Below are positions 11,831-25,870 of a stretch of DNA of 64,000 nucleotides, piece after piece. The position numbers were made by a program, and so were the translations under genes. Source of the stretch: Somniosus microcephalus (lineage: Eukaryota); NCBI GenBank assembly GCA_052327205.1, contig CM126204.1:126046001-126110000 (forward strand), read 5' to 3'. How positions within the stretch are numbered: position 1 is the stretch's first letter; each line of letters starts with the position of its first letter. The notes below the pieces were generated by a model. It was not told the origin of the DNA. It did not search any database and saw nothing but the letters and a program-made list of their open reading frames with translations.

Positions 11831-14800
11831 GAGAACTGTGCGGGTTAGTTGTGATTTGTGATGGTGTTTGTGCTTACTGGTCACTCTCAAGACCAGGAAC
11901 GCTACAGTATTCCCTGCCATCTGCATTTCATAAACCTATTTCTGAAAAACCTTGATCCCCGTGCCCCGCCCCAAGTTTCACCTGGTTCAGCATGACCCAA
12001 AGTATATACATTGCTGTATTCAGCAGTGCTAAGTTTTGCTAACTGGGCACTGCTGAAACACAGCAATGTATATACTTGGGTGCATGCTAACTCTGATCAA
12101 ATTGCAACATATTCAACCCAGCACTTCCCCCTCATTTTCAGTGTCCATATAAGTTTTCATCTTCCATGTTGGAGATGGAGACAGGCAGCCCGTTTTATGT
12201 CCTTTACCCACACCTGTCAGGGAGATCCACAGACACAGCTTGAACTGACAGTCTCTCCTTTTGTTTTCCTCCTCATATAGAAGCAACTGGGATCTGGAGC
12301 TGGTCCTGAGGCCTATATTTTTAAGACTTCATGTATGTGGCACTGCAGGAAATAGTTGTCATGTGCTATACATGCTGTTCGGTTAATTAAACTTTGAAAT
12401 GTTGCTGGTTAAGTACAACAGAAAGGACACTGTCCTTTCAAAACTAAATCTAATTACATGTAGTTTATTTGTAGCAAACTATTTCCAAGAATTCCACTGT
12501 GGATACATTGTAATCAATTTGTTCTTGAGACAAAACAAACACCATAATCCTTACTTTGCTCAGATGTATATTCAAAATTATTTTTCTAAAGGCCTCCTGT
12601 TCCATCAATGGAAAGGTATAATGAATCGTGTAAGCAAAATATTAAACAAACTGAATTAGAAACAAAAGGAGTCAGAAGGACTGTATTACCAGAAAACTCT
12701 GTTTTGATGTTTGACCTTGTTCATATCCTCCCGAATGTCACAAGATCCTCATACTCTGCAATGTCAGATCAATGTCTGTCTTTGTGAAATTAGTTTTGAC
12801 CCGGGGACAAACGGGTTTTATTGTAACTCATTAAGGATGCTCTGTTGTAGATCACTACTAATCTTAAATATATCCCATTGACTGAGTATTCTCTTGAGAG
12901 GATGTCCGATTGGGGTTAAATGGTAAATTGATCTAAGCGAGGGCATTTTTACAGAATTAAGTATATATACACACAGCAGCTTGGTGTAATTCTGAATATT
13001 GAGAACTTCTGCTTGTGAACCGCAGTTAAGGACATGCTTCGAAAGTAGTTATAAGAACAAAGCTTAAAAAAAAGCTTTTGATGGTCTGCTGGTGTTAAGT
13101 TTAACTTCTGCCAAAAAGTGACTGGAAAAAGGTGATTCTTGGATAAGAATGTGAAAAGGGCTTTGGGGATTAAATACTGCAATTACGTGATGCTAAATTG
13201 TTTTTTTTGTGTTGGGACAGGGGTTTGTAGTTTTGTGTCTGTCAATTCTATTGCACATGAGTAGTATTTTCTCAGGTATGTTCAATGATACTATAAGAGC
13301 AAGGGAGTGGGACTAATTGGATAGCACTTCCAAAGAGCTGACGCAGGCACGATGGGCCAAATGGTCTCCTGTGCTGAGAAACACAATGGATGTCTCATTT
13401 CTAGGAGGGAGATTAAAATACAAAGCTAAACTGATTTCAGAATTAATCTGTGAAGAAATGTTGGTACATCTTTCTTGACAACTTGTCTGAGCAGTGATAG
13501 GCCTAATCAGAAAGCGTCTATTGATACACTTGCATTAATGGGACATTTTAACTTTGAGTAAACTTGGGAGTCAATACATGTTTCTACAGGGCTTCCAAAT
13601 ACATTTTTGGTCTTTTCCATTTTTAGTACTGATACTGCAGTGCGCGCTTAATCTGCTTAAGTATATCAAATGTTGATTTTAGTCCCTAAAGTTTAGTTTT
13701 TGGGCGAAGGGTGTGGAAGAAAGAGATGAGACAATGGGTAAAGATTAAGCAAGAAAGATTTAAAATGAAAATTGCAAAAATATGTTGGATACTAGAGAGC
13801 AAATAATAAATGACATTAGTAAATTTTGTGATACTCAACCATAAATTATTCATTAATGATTCCACCACAGTCCTACAATGATCATCAATGTCTGATTTCC
13901 AGAGTTGCAAAAAAAATCTTTGAACTTTACAGTTTTTAGTGTCGTGTCCTAAGCTTCAAAGTCAATGTAAGACAAAAGTAATTGGCTCAAATTTCCACAA
14001 ACTGTTAACATATTTCATTTGACTAAACTTTCATCCACTAGATAGGTAGGAAAAATTACTAATCGAGTAATGAGCATCACCGACCACCTAATCAAATCGT
14101 TCACTTATTTTCCAAACCTAGAACCAGGGAAATCATGCAACTATTTTTTATCAGACTGCTTTTGGCCACCAGTTTCTTTCCCCGGTGAGTGTACACAGCT
14201 AAATGTAATATTTATAACATAAAACACAAAATCTTTGTGATGAAGGGGATACAGGATTGGAAGCTCAGCTCAGGTTCAAATAGGACACAGAGGTTGCAAA
14301 CTATTTGGTTCAGCCTGAGACAGTGGCCAGGAAAGGGGATGGAGTTGTTGGCTAGAGAACGGAGTTTGAGGCGGGGACCAAAGGCAATGGGTTTGGTCCT
14401 CCCGCTGTTTAATTTGAGGAAATTTCATCTCGTCCAGTTCGGGATGTCAGACAGGCAGTGGAGGGGTCTAGAGAGGTGATTAGGTAGAGCTGGATGCCAT
14501 CAGTGTACACGTGGAAGATGTATGTGACATTGTGTTTTTGGATGATATCGCCATGTAGATGAGAAATAGGAGGGTACCAAGGATAGATTCTTGGACTCCA
14601 GAGGTATCGGGGGGGGGGAGAGGTGAAGAGAACCCATTGCAAGACATTCTCTGGCTGCGACTGGATAGGCAAGAGTGGAACCAGGTCAGGGCAGTTCCCC
14701 TCAGCTGGACAACGGAGGAGAGGTGTTTGAGGATGATGGTGCGGTGAACCGTGTGAAAGGCTGCAGACAGGCGTGGGAACTTGTCAACTCTACCAAGTCT

Positions 14801-15769
14801 GGCCTACATGTGACTCCAGTCCCACACCACATGGTTGACTCAATACCTGCAGGGGAACTAGGGTTGGACAATAAATGTGGCCTTGCCTGCGTTGCCCACA
14901 CCCCAAAAACAAATATACCCCTGTATAAAGATGTATCCTTTTGGCAATCCAGTAACACTTTTTTTTCGAAGTCTTTGCTTATTCTTGGCATCCATCATTA
15001 AATATTTGCGCGTAGAATTCACTGATTGCATCCCGTTACACTACCAGATATACAACCATGCCTTGTACTCTCTCTGGTGTCTATTTTTCAATTGTGATTC
15101 ATGTAAGTCAAATGGATCTCTCTTTATGGATACATTTTGAAATTCTCATCCTTGTTTTCAACGCCCTCAATGGCTCACCCCTCCCGATCTCTCTCTTCTC
15201 CTCCAGCCCTACAACCCTCAGATTTCTGCGCTGCTCCAATTCTAGGCTCTTGCACATCCCTGATTTCCATCGATCCACCATTGTCAGCTGCCTCGGCTCT
15301 AAGCTCTGGAATTCCCCCTCTAAACCTCTCCGTCTCTCTCCTCCTTTAAGACACTCCATAAAACCTACCTCTTTGCCCTAATAGCTCCTTATGTGGCTCG
15401 GTTTCAAATTTTGTTTGATAACATTCCTGTGAAGCACTTTGGGACATTTTACCAAGTTAAAGGTGCTTTATAAATGCAGGTGGTTGTTGTATAGGGAATA
15501 ATTGTTGGTGTCAATTAACAAATTTGAGTCCCGAGGTTCTCAATCACAAGCACTTTACAAAGCAGCTGAAATTCAAGGTTGTGCAGTACAAGCATTTTTT
15601 TCGATAATTTGAATGTGGCTTCCATTTGCTGTTTGTTTTTTCTGCTGTTCAGATTTAGATGATCTACAGTTATGTGTGCCCTTTGTGGGACAGCAGTAGA
15701 GTGCAGGGGGAAATGAAGGATAGGAGGCAGAGAGCAATGGTGAACAGATATTTCTCTGACTGCAGAGAA

Positions 15770-16930
15770 GTATGCCGTGGGGTCCCCAGGGGTCGGAATT
15801 AGGGCCGTTGCTTTTTTCTTTTATATAAATGTCTTGGACTTGAGTATAGGGAGTACAATTTTGAAGTTTGCGGATGATACAAAACTTGGCAACATAGTAA
15901 ATAGTGAGCAGGATAGTATTAGACTTCAGGAGGACATAGAAATGAGCAGACATGTAGCAGATGAAATTTAATTTGGTTTAGTGTGAAGTGATGCACTTTG
16001 GGAGAAGCAACATGGAGAGGCAGTATAATCTAAATGGTTAGTATTGCTGCTATCATTCACACAACATCTAGAGCCATCTTCAGTTTCTTAACTTGTCCCG
16101 TTACCCCTCCTTTTGCCTTGCACGATCATCCCTTTGTCAGTCAATCTCTCCTGCCTATCACAGACTTTCCCTTTGTTCTTTCCTCCCCTCCTCCCTGCCC
16201 CTGCTTAAAAATCTCTCTTCCCAGAACCTTTTCCAGTTCTGACGAAAGGTTCGACCAGAAACGTTGACTCTCTTTCTCTCTCCTCTGCTGCCTGACCTGC
16301 TGAATGTTTCCAGCACTTTGTTATTTCAGATTTCCAGCATCTGCAATATTTTGCTATAATCTAAATAGTGCTATTTTGAGGGGGGTGCACATTCACATGT
16401 CCATGAAGGTGGCAGGGCAAGGTGAGAAGGCAGTTAAGAAAGCGTCTGGGATACTTGGCTTTGTAAATAGGGGCATTGAATACAAAAACAAGGAAGTTAT
16501 GCTGAACCTTAACAAATCACTGGTTGGGCCTCAGCTGGAGTATTGTGTACAGTTCTAGGCACCACACTTTAGGAAGGATGTCAAGGCCTTGGAGGGGAGA
16601 CTAAATAGAGGGATTCAAAATTGAGGGGTTTTCATAGAACGCATAGGGAGAAACTGTTTTCCTCTGACAAGTGGCTCAGTAATCAGAGGTCATGGATTTA
16701 AAATAATTGGCAAAAGAACTGGAGGGGAAATGAGAAATTATTTCACGCAGAGGGTTGTTATGAGCTGGAACGCACTACCTGAAAGGGCGGTGGAATCAGA
16801 TTCCATAGGAACTTTCAAAAGGCAATTGGACATGTATTTGAAGAGAACTAATTTGCCGGGTTATAGGGAAAAAGCTGGGGTGTGGGACTAAATTGGATAG
16901 CTCTTTCGAAGAGCTGTATGATTCTATTCG
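15770..16930 (+). mobile_element. Degenerate CR1 LINE 3' portion
   Basis: KFADDTKLG, PQLEYCVQF, CR1-type tail. Confidence 0.8.
16039..16354 (+). mobile_element. Penelope 3'/pLTR fragment with hammerhead motif, inserted into a CR1 relic
   Basis: AGTT-CTGACGA(16239-16245)-aaggttcgacca-GAAA-CGTT-GACT; TSD TATAATCTAAAT(G/A)GT at 16024-16038 and 16355-16369. Confidence 0.75.
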
Positions 16931-19900
16931 AATGAGGACAATAAGCAGAAAGGATTGGATTTAGATGAAATGAAATGCTAGACAACTTGCTTTAGACATT
17001 CCTGTTTGAAGGGCTAGTAAAGAAAGAACTTGCATTTATATAAGTGCCGTATCACATTCTTAGCAAGTACTAAAACTCAACATAGCCAACTAATGACTTT
17101 TGAAGTGTAGTACTATGATGCTGCATCAATTTCAAGTCGAATTCCTATCATTTACTATCTTGTATACTCCCATGTGATCAACCTGTCACCTTTACAGGTT
17201 AAAAAGCCCAAGTTTCTCCATTCTTCTTCAACTCAGTCCTCTGACACTGGGGATCAATTTCCTGGCTCTTCGCTAAACTGCCCAAAGCTTGAATGTTTCC
17301 CTTGTGTTTTGGTGACTAGAATTGGGCATGGCACTCAAAGTGTGGCCTAACCAGGGCACTGTGCAATGTAGAGTGTGTGTATGACTTCTCCATTGTATAC
17401 TCTACTGTATTAGCTATATAGTTCATCGTTCTGTTTGCTTTGTTGCTTGCTGCTCCAACATGTAAGAGAAAGATTTGTAAGAGGCCAGCTGAGTGAGTAG
17501 ATCTGGCCTGAATAGAAGTGAGTGGGGTAATGTTAAATTATATTGCACGAGTTAGCTGTTTTAGAAGTACTATCACTGTTTTAATTGTCAAATTGTGCTA
17601 ACTGCTGTTTTGAGTGGATTTAAGTAGATTGTACAGGCAAGAGTCAGTGGAGTTGCACGTGCGCAGAGTTTAGCCTAAGCTTTGTTGATTTGGAGGTCAT
17701 TCAGGATACCAACAGGGCTGTGTAAGGTTATTGAGACTCTTCTAACGTGTTACTCGGATTGGGGAGGTTTCTCCAGAAATTAAGTGAGTGTATTTTTGAC
17801 ACTAAAGCTAAGTCTCAATTTTCAGTCTTCAGTCCTTGGTTTAGTTCTAGCTAAGAACATGAGAAATAGGAACATTTGCCATTTGGCCCCTCGAGCCTGC
17901 TCGGCCATTCAATAAGATCATGGCTGATCTACCTCAACTCCACTTTCCTGCACTATCTCCATATTCCTTGATTTTTAGATGCATTTTGTCTAATATATGT
18001 AGAAGGATGTCTGTAAAATCGTAAATTCCGCCTCTGGCAGGCAGACAAGGTTACAAAAAATAAAATTGTATTGCTCTACCAGCTGGGTAGAGGTCGATAG
18101 GAGTGCATCACTTCCTTCCCAGGTCAAAGGAGGTGGGATTTCAGCCAGCTAATCCTGCTATAGCTACTAGTGCAGTAGGTGCATTCACCCAGGAGCAATG
18201 GAAAGCACCTCTACTAGTGCAGGTGGTTCACTTTGAGGTTTTGGGTGAACACCATTCTCCCAGGAGAAGGCAAGGCAATTAGTTCGTCCACACCAGTTCA
18301 TAAGTACAAGGTTGTACAAGTTCTGGAGAAGCATATAGATTTAATAGACTGGCTATCTACAGAACCTAATCCTAAATTAATCTCACCTATTCATATCAAT
18401 CTCGGACACTGATCTCAACTGTAAATTTATAATCACCAAGTAGTTCTAGCTGAATTACTGTGCCATAACTGAACTGTCTTTGTAGCCTCTTATTTTGTCA
18501 ATTAATACTGTCTACTAATTATTTGTATGCTCAATATTTAAGTGCTGCTAATTAGGATTCTAAGGTTAATAAACAGTTAGTTCATGAACTCTAGTCTGGC
18601 TTATTTGATCATTGGCAAGAAAATGTTAATTCATTCAGTAGCTTGTGTGAATCCTGATGGGAAGTTGGCAGTGTAAATACTAATATCGGAACTGGTTGAT
18701 GAAAGGTAGTTTGGCAAACCAAATTTGGACATATTCACTCCTAGGCACAAACTAGGTAGTTAAGCTGAAGGGTTAAGGATTCAACTGGTACCCTTTGATA
18801 TATATCTGTGTTCTTGCAATCATTGGAGATGGAGTGATTATCTTGTACTTGAGAGTGAAGTAATGGTGGGGATGCCTCCCTTCCACAGAGAAAGGTGGAA
18901 GGAGTACCTGAGAAGGAAGTGGAAGAGCGGCTAATGGAGATAAATGTTCAAAAGGACCGTGGGAGCAATTTGAAGCCTTGTTTGCTTTCCTTCAGAGTAT
19001 TCACTCAATTCCAGTTTTATGAAGCCAAAGATTGTTTTAGTGTCCCTTTTTCCCCACTTCTTCCTTCCCCCTCCACACCCCACACCCCCTCCCCCAAAAA
19101 AAGCCTTTGGTGATTATTTTAGTACAGTGCCTGGCATATTTTATTTTTTCAATAATTTATTTGACCCCTCCACTGCCTCTGTTGTCAGACTGCTTGTCTG
19201 ACTGAGTTTTGGGTGAGCCTCAATTTCCACCATTTAAACATTGGAAAGAATGAAGCCATCGCTTTTGGTCCCCACCACAAACCCCGTATCCTTGCCACGG
19301 ATTCCACCCCACTCCGTGGTCTCAGATCTGCCCCTCTGCTTCTGAAACTCTTATTCATGCCTTTGTCACCTCCCACCTTGACTATAATACTCTTCTGGCC
19401 AGCAACTCATCCTCCATGCTCCATAACTTAGCTCATCCAAAACTCTGATGTCTATTCCGTTCCCCATCACCCCTGTGCTCGCTGACAGTGACACACTGAT
19501 TAAGCAAAGCCTCAATTTTAAAATTCTCATCCTTGTTTTCAAATCCCTCCATGGGCCTCACCCCTCCCTATCTCTAATCTCCTCCAGCCCCACAACCCCC
19601 TCAGATCTCTGCGCTCATCCAATTCTGGCATCTTGAGCATCCCCAATTTTAATCGCTCCACCATTGGCAGCCGTGCCTTCAGCTGCCAAGGCCCTAAGCT
19701 CTGGAATTCCCTCCCTAAACACCTCGACCTCTCCTCCTTAAAACCTACCTGTTAGACCAAGGTTTTGGTCATCTGCCCAAATATCTCCTTATGTGGCTGG
19801 GTGTCAAATTTTGTTTGATAATCGCTCCTGTGAAGTGCTTTGGGGCGTTTTGCTACGTTAACGACGCTATCTAAATGCAAGTTGTTGTATCCTATCCTAC

Positions 19901-20670
19901 TCTCCCATTACTCCTGTCCTTGCTGACGTATGTTGGTTCCTGGCCCCCAAAACGCCTCCAATTTAAAATTCTTCTTTGTTTAAATCCTCATAGCCTTGCC
20001 CCCAATTTCTATAACCTCTTCCATCCCTGAAAAGCCCCCCCCCTCTCCAGGACTCTGTTCCTTCTACTATGGTCTCTTGTGCACCACCTCACCTCAATAT
20101 TGGTAGCTGTGCCTTCAGCCATTTAGGCCCAACATTCTGGAATACTCTCCCTAAACCTCTCCACCACCTTCCTTGCTTTATGACCCCCCTTAAAACCCAC
20201 CTCATCGCTCCTGATATCTCTTGCTTTGGCTTGATATCTCTTTTTGCCTGATTACACCTCTTTGAAGCCCCTTGGGGTGCTATATAAATGGAAGTTGTTG
20301 GTATGGTTTACCTTCGCACCACCAGGTTGGGAGAGAAAATCAAATCGGGTTGGAATACTGTTACATGGGAACATCTGACCAGGCATCCGGTGCTGTCTTT
20401 AATGAAGGCTGTTCACTCAAACCCATTGACATACGCTGCCAGGCTTTCGCGTGCAGAACAGTCATTTGGGTGAGGTAGCAGAGACTTGCTGGTGCCTATC
20501 GAAGCATAATTGTTTTCCGGTGAGGAGAGTTCTGTGCTCATGCAGGTACAATAATGGAAGGCGATTCACTGCAAATGAAAATAAACCTTGTTCAGTATTG
20601 TATATTAATAAAGAATGTTAAATACACAATACAATCTTTTGATAACTTCTCTTGCATTTATCTCTTTCAG

Positions 20671-20743
20671 TGACTATTTATTCAAGCTGCTGCTAATTGG
20701 AGACTCTGGTGTTGGAAAATCTTGTCTCCTCCTTAGATTTGCA
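20671..20743 (+). CDS. RAB1A: RAB1A coding exon 2 ([24 protein letters not shown]; P-loop)
   Basis: tctctttcag acceptor, gtaagt donor; 73 nt restores the frame with the 23-nt exon 1; GDSGVGKS G1 motif. Confidence 0.97.
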
Positions 20744-21132
20744 GTAAGTACAGCTTTCACTTGCGACAATTTTTGTGTGATAATTGCCATAAAGACTGGC
20801 CACTTAGTTACATGTAGTATTTTACACTCGTGGGTCTAGAATATCGATTGCACTCCACAATGACACCCAAAGCAGCACACTGAGATCCAAATTTACCTTT
20901 CTCGGATATGTTCACACTGCATTGTTGTCACTAGGATTAGAAAGAAAAACTTGCATTTACTTAGCGCCTTTCATGACCACCGGACATCCCAAAGTGCTTT
21001 ACAGCCAAAGTACTTTTTGAAGTGTAGTCACTTGTAATGTAGGAAATGTGGCAGCCAATTTGCGCACAGCAAGCTCCCACAAATAGCAATGTGATAATGA
21101 CCAGATAATTTGTTTTAGTAATGTTGAGGCAT

Positions 21133-21860
21133 AAACATCCTTCCTGCATCTAGTCTGTCCAGGCCTGACACAATTTTATAGGTTTCGATGAGATCCCCTC
21201 TCAATCTTCTAAACTCCAGTGAGTATAAGCCCAATCGACACAATCTCTCCTCATACGTCATTCCTGCCATCCCAGGTATCAGCCTGGTGAATCTTCGCTG
21301 CACTCCTTCCATGGCAAGAACGTCCTTCCTCAGGTAAGGCGACCAAAACTGCACACAATACTCAAGGTGTGGTCTCACCAAGGCCCTGTACAACTGTAGC
21401 AAGACATCCTTGTACTCGAACCCTCTTGCTACGAAGGCCAACATACCATTTGCCTTCTTAACTGCCTGCTGCACCTGCATGCTTACCTTCAGCGACTGGT
21501 GCACAAGAATACCCAGGTCTCTTTGCACTTCCCCTTCTCCCAATCTATTGCCATTCAAATAATAATCTGCCTTCCTGTTTTTGCCACCAAAGTGGATAAC
21601 CTCACATTTATGCACATTATAGTGCATTTGCCATGTTTCTGCCCAATCACCCAACCTGTCCAAATCGTACTGGAGTTTCACGACATCCTCCTCACAGCAT
21701 ACCCTCCCACCCAGCTTTGTGTCATCTGCAAATTTGGAGATATTACATCCAATTCCCTCGTCCAGATCATTAATATATAGTGAACAGCTGGGGTCCTAGG
21801 ACCGATCCTTGCGGTATCCCACTAGTCATTGCCTGCCACTCGGAAAAAGACGCGTTTATT
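21133..21860 (-). mobile_element. CR1 LINE RT fragment
   Basis: ORF 21115-21681 near-identical to the corresponding part of the 27458-28771 ORF. Confidence 0.9.
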
Positions 21861-22857
21861 AAGGTGAGGAAGAATTGAGTAAAAGGATGCCGTTTGACTA
21901 TTACATTAAGGTAAAAATGGAGCAGGCTGGGTTTATACTTTTTGATCTACAGTATATGGTATAGTATGTAAAGGGGAGAGACAAAATGTTGCTAGTTGCT
22001 TTGGAGCAGCATGCACTTAGTGGTGAAATTCACTCATAATTTGGAAATATTAATATTTGGTTGCCTAATTCTGTGTTTGGGGGAAAAAGTGCTTAGCTTG
22101 TTAAAAGTTTGAAGTGGTTTGGTATATGTGGATTACATTGTTTACTAGATAACATCTTATTGAGAGGAGAAACTTGTCAAATCTTACTTCAGATTCATGT
22201 TTATTCATCAAATTGTTTTAAAAAATGTTAGTAAGTGCATTTTAGGTTTAGAAGTGGCCTATATTTCCACTTTCCCACCCCCTCAGATTTACAAGTGCAC
22301 TTTCATTTGTTACTAGTTGTTTTTCCATTTAAGTATACATTATTGGAACTTTATTTCATGCATGTCAGTAACGCCTCCTCTAAATAGATGAGAGCTACAT
22401 TTTGTCAAGCTTAAGGGGAGGATCTAAGACGTATTGGAAAAAGTTTATGGCAACTGGTAAGTGAATTGGTAACAAAGGAGCACCAACCTAGGATTAGTAA
22501 TAAAAGTATAAAAATTGAAAATAGAAGACATTTTTACAAAGGATTATTGAAATATGCATTACAAATGGTTAAGTCAGTTAGTTGTGATATTTCATGGAAT
22601 TGAAGATGAAAAATTAAAAGGTACTGGAAAATTGGGATTGGAGTACACAGTTAAATGTGGATCTAGCACTGATACAAGCACATTGGCTCAAATGCACCCC
22701 CTCCTGTGCTGACATTTCTTATGCTTATAATTGGTCAGACAACATTCCCCAAAGCAATGTTCCCTCTAATTTTTTTTTGTGCGTGGTCCCTTTAAATTTG
22801 CTGCACAATATCTTCCAGTGGCAACAGCTTGTTGAGTGGCTTGTGCAGGACCTCCCT

Positions 22858-25800
22858 GTAGAGAGGGCTTTAAACTAAATAATGGGGAGGGAGGATCCAG
22901 GTGAGTGGGAATTTAAAAAGTCAGTGAGAAATGAGAAAGCAATAGAGCAGGATAGAGATGGGGGAACTAATAACCAGAGTGTGACAAGAAGGGATAGAAT
23001 GTTTAAAAATCAGAGTGCAACAGAAAATGGGGCCAAAACAAGGAGAAATGGTAAAAAGACAAAGTTAAAAACTTTATATCTGAATGCACGCAGCATTCGT
23101 AACAGGATAGATGAGTTGACGGCACAAATAGATACAAATGGGTATGATCTGATCACCATTACAGAGACGTGGTTGCAAGGTGATCAGGGCTGGGAACTGA
23201 ATATTCCAGGGTATTTGACAATGCGGAAGGATAGACAGAAAGGGAGGTGGGGTGGCTTTGCTGGTAAAGAATGGGATCAGTGCAGTGGTGAGAAGTGATA
23301 ATGTCTCAGAAGATCAAGATGTAGAATTAGTTTGGGTGGAGATAAAAAATAAAGTGAAAAAGTCTCTGGTGGGCGTAGTCTACAGGCCCCCGAACAGTAG
23401 CAATACTGTTGGACAGAGTATAAATCAACAAATAATGGAGGCCTGTAAAAAAAGGTTACGGTAATAATCATGGGTGATTTTAATCTCCATATTGATTGGG
23501 CAAATCCAATTGACCATGGTAGCCTTGAGGAGGAGTTCATAGAGTGTATCTGGGATGGTTTCCTAGAACAGTATGTAATGGAACCAACCAGGGAGCAGGC
23601 TATCTTAGATCTGGTACTATGTAATAAGACAGAATTAATAAATGATCTCATAGTAAAGGATCCTCTAGGAAAGAGTGATCATAGCATAGCTGAATTTCAA
23701 ATTCAGTTGGAGGGTGAGAAAGTTGTATCTCAAATCGGTGTCCTGATCTTAAACAAAGGCAATTACAGTGGCATGAGGGCAGAACTGGCTAAAGTGAACT
23801 GGAAAAATAAATTAAAGGGTAAGACAGTTGAAATGCAGTGGCGGACATTTAAGAAGATATTTCATAAAATCTCTCACTAGAATATATTTTTGTTGAAAGT
23901 TAAGAGAAGGGAGCACCATCCATGGCTAACTAAGGAAGTAAAGGATGGTATCAAATTAAAAACAAAGGCATACAATATTGCCAGGATTGGGAAATTTTTA
24001 AAAAGCAGCAAAGGATGACTAAAAAAATAATAGAGAAGATGAATTATGGGAGTAAACTGGCAGAAACATTAAAACAGATAGCAAGAGCTTCTACAGGTAT
24101 AAAAAGGAAGAGGGTAGCTAAAGTAAGCATTGATCCCTTGGAGGATCAGACTGGGGAATTAATAATGGGGAATGGGGAAATGGCAGAGACTCTGAACAAA
24201 TATTTTGTATCTGTCTTCACGGTAGCAGACACTAACAACATCCCATTAATGGATAATCAAGGGGCCACAGGGAGCGGGAACTAAAGACTATCACTGAGGA
24301 AATAGTACTTGGTAAAATAATGGGACTAAAAGATGACAAGTCCCCATGACCAGATGGCCTGCATCCCAGGGTCTTAAAAGAAGTGGCTGCAGAGATAGTG
24401 GATGCATTGGTTGAAATATACCAAAATTCCCTGGACTCTGGAGAGATCCCAGCAGATTGGAAAACCGCAAATGTAACACCCCTATTTAAGAAAGGAGGGA
24501 GACAGAAAGCAGGAAACTATATACCAGTTAGCCTAACATCTGTCGTTGGGAAAATGCTGGAGTCCTTCATTAAGGAGGCAGTAGCAGGGCATTTGGAAAA
24601 TCATAATGCAGTCAGGCAGAGTCAGCATGGTTTTATGAAAGGGAAATCATGTTTAACAAACTTGCTGGAGTTCTTTGAGGAGGTAACGAGCAGGGTGGAC
24701 AAAGGTGAACCAGTGGATGTGGTGTATTTGGATTTCCAGAAGGTATTCGATAAGGTACCACATAAAAGGTTACTACATAAGATAAGAGCTCACAGAATTG
24801 GGGGTAATATATTAGCATGGATAGAGAATTGGTTAACTAACAGAAAACAGGTAGTCGGGATAAATGGGTCATTTTCCGGTTGGCAAACGGTAACTAGTAG
24901 GGTGCCACAGAGCTCGTTGCTGGGGCCTCAACTATTTACAATCTATATTAATGACTTGGATGAAGGGACCGAGTGTAATGTAGCCAAGTTTGCGGATGGT
25001 ACAAAGATGGGTGGGAAAGCAAGTTGTGCAGAGGACTCAAAGAACCTGCAAAGGGATATAGACAGGCTGAGTGAGTGGGCAAACATTTGGCAGAGGTTAT
25101 ACACTTTTGCAAGTAAAATAAAAAGCAAATTATTTAAATGGAGAGATTACAAAATGCTACAGTTCAGAGGGACCTAGGGGTCCTTGTGCATGAAACACAA
25201 AAAGTTAGCATGCAGGTACAGCAAGTAATCAAAAAGGCAAATGGAATGTTGGCCTTTATTTCAAAGGGGTTGGAGTATAAAAGCAGGGAAGTCTTGCTAC
25301 AACTGTACAGGGTATTGGTGAGACCACACCTTGAGTACTGCGTACAGTTTTGGTCTCCTTATTTAAGGAAGGATATACTTGCATTGGAGGCAGTTCAGAG
25401 ACGATTCACTAGGTTAATTCCAGAGATGAAGGGGTTGACTTATGAGGAAAGGCTGGGCCTATACTTATTGGAATTTAGAAGAACGAGAGGTGATTTTATT
25501 GAAACATGTAAGATACTGAGGGGGCATGACAAAGGTAGCTGCAGAGAGGATGTTTCCCCTTGTGGGGAAATGTAGAACGCGGGGGCACAGTTTTAGAATA
25601 AAGGGTCACCCTTTTAGAACTGAGATGAGAAGGAATTTCTTCTGAGGGTCGTAAATCTGTGGAATTCTCTGCCCCGGAGAGCTGTGGAGGCTGGGTCATT
25701 AAATACGTTTACGGTGGAGATACACATTTTTGCAAGATAAGGGAGTGAAGGGTTATGGGGAGCAGGCGGGGAAATGGCTTTGAGCCCAAGATCAGCCATG

Positions 25801-25870
25801 ATCTTATTGAATGGTGGAGCAGGCTCAAGGGGCCAAGAGGCCTATTCCTGCTCCAATTTCTTATGTTCGT
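22858..25870 (+). mobile_element. CR1-clade LINE, 5'-truncated, frameshifted ORF2 (APE endonuclease + RT) with 3' tail
   Basis: LYLNARSI, ITETWL, MGDFN, SDH, YLDFQKVFDKVPH, LYRVLVRPHLEYCVQFWSP; tail gatcagccatgatcttattgaatgg. Confidence 0.92.
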
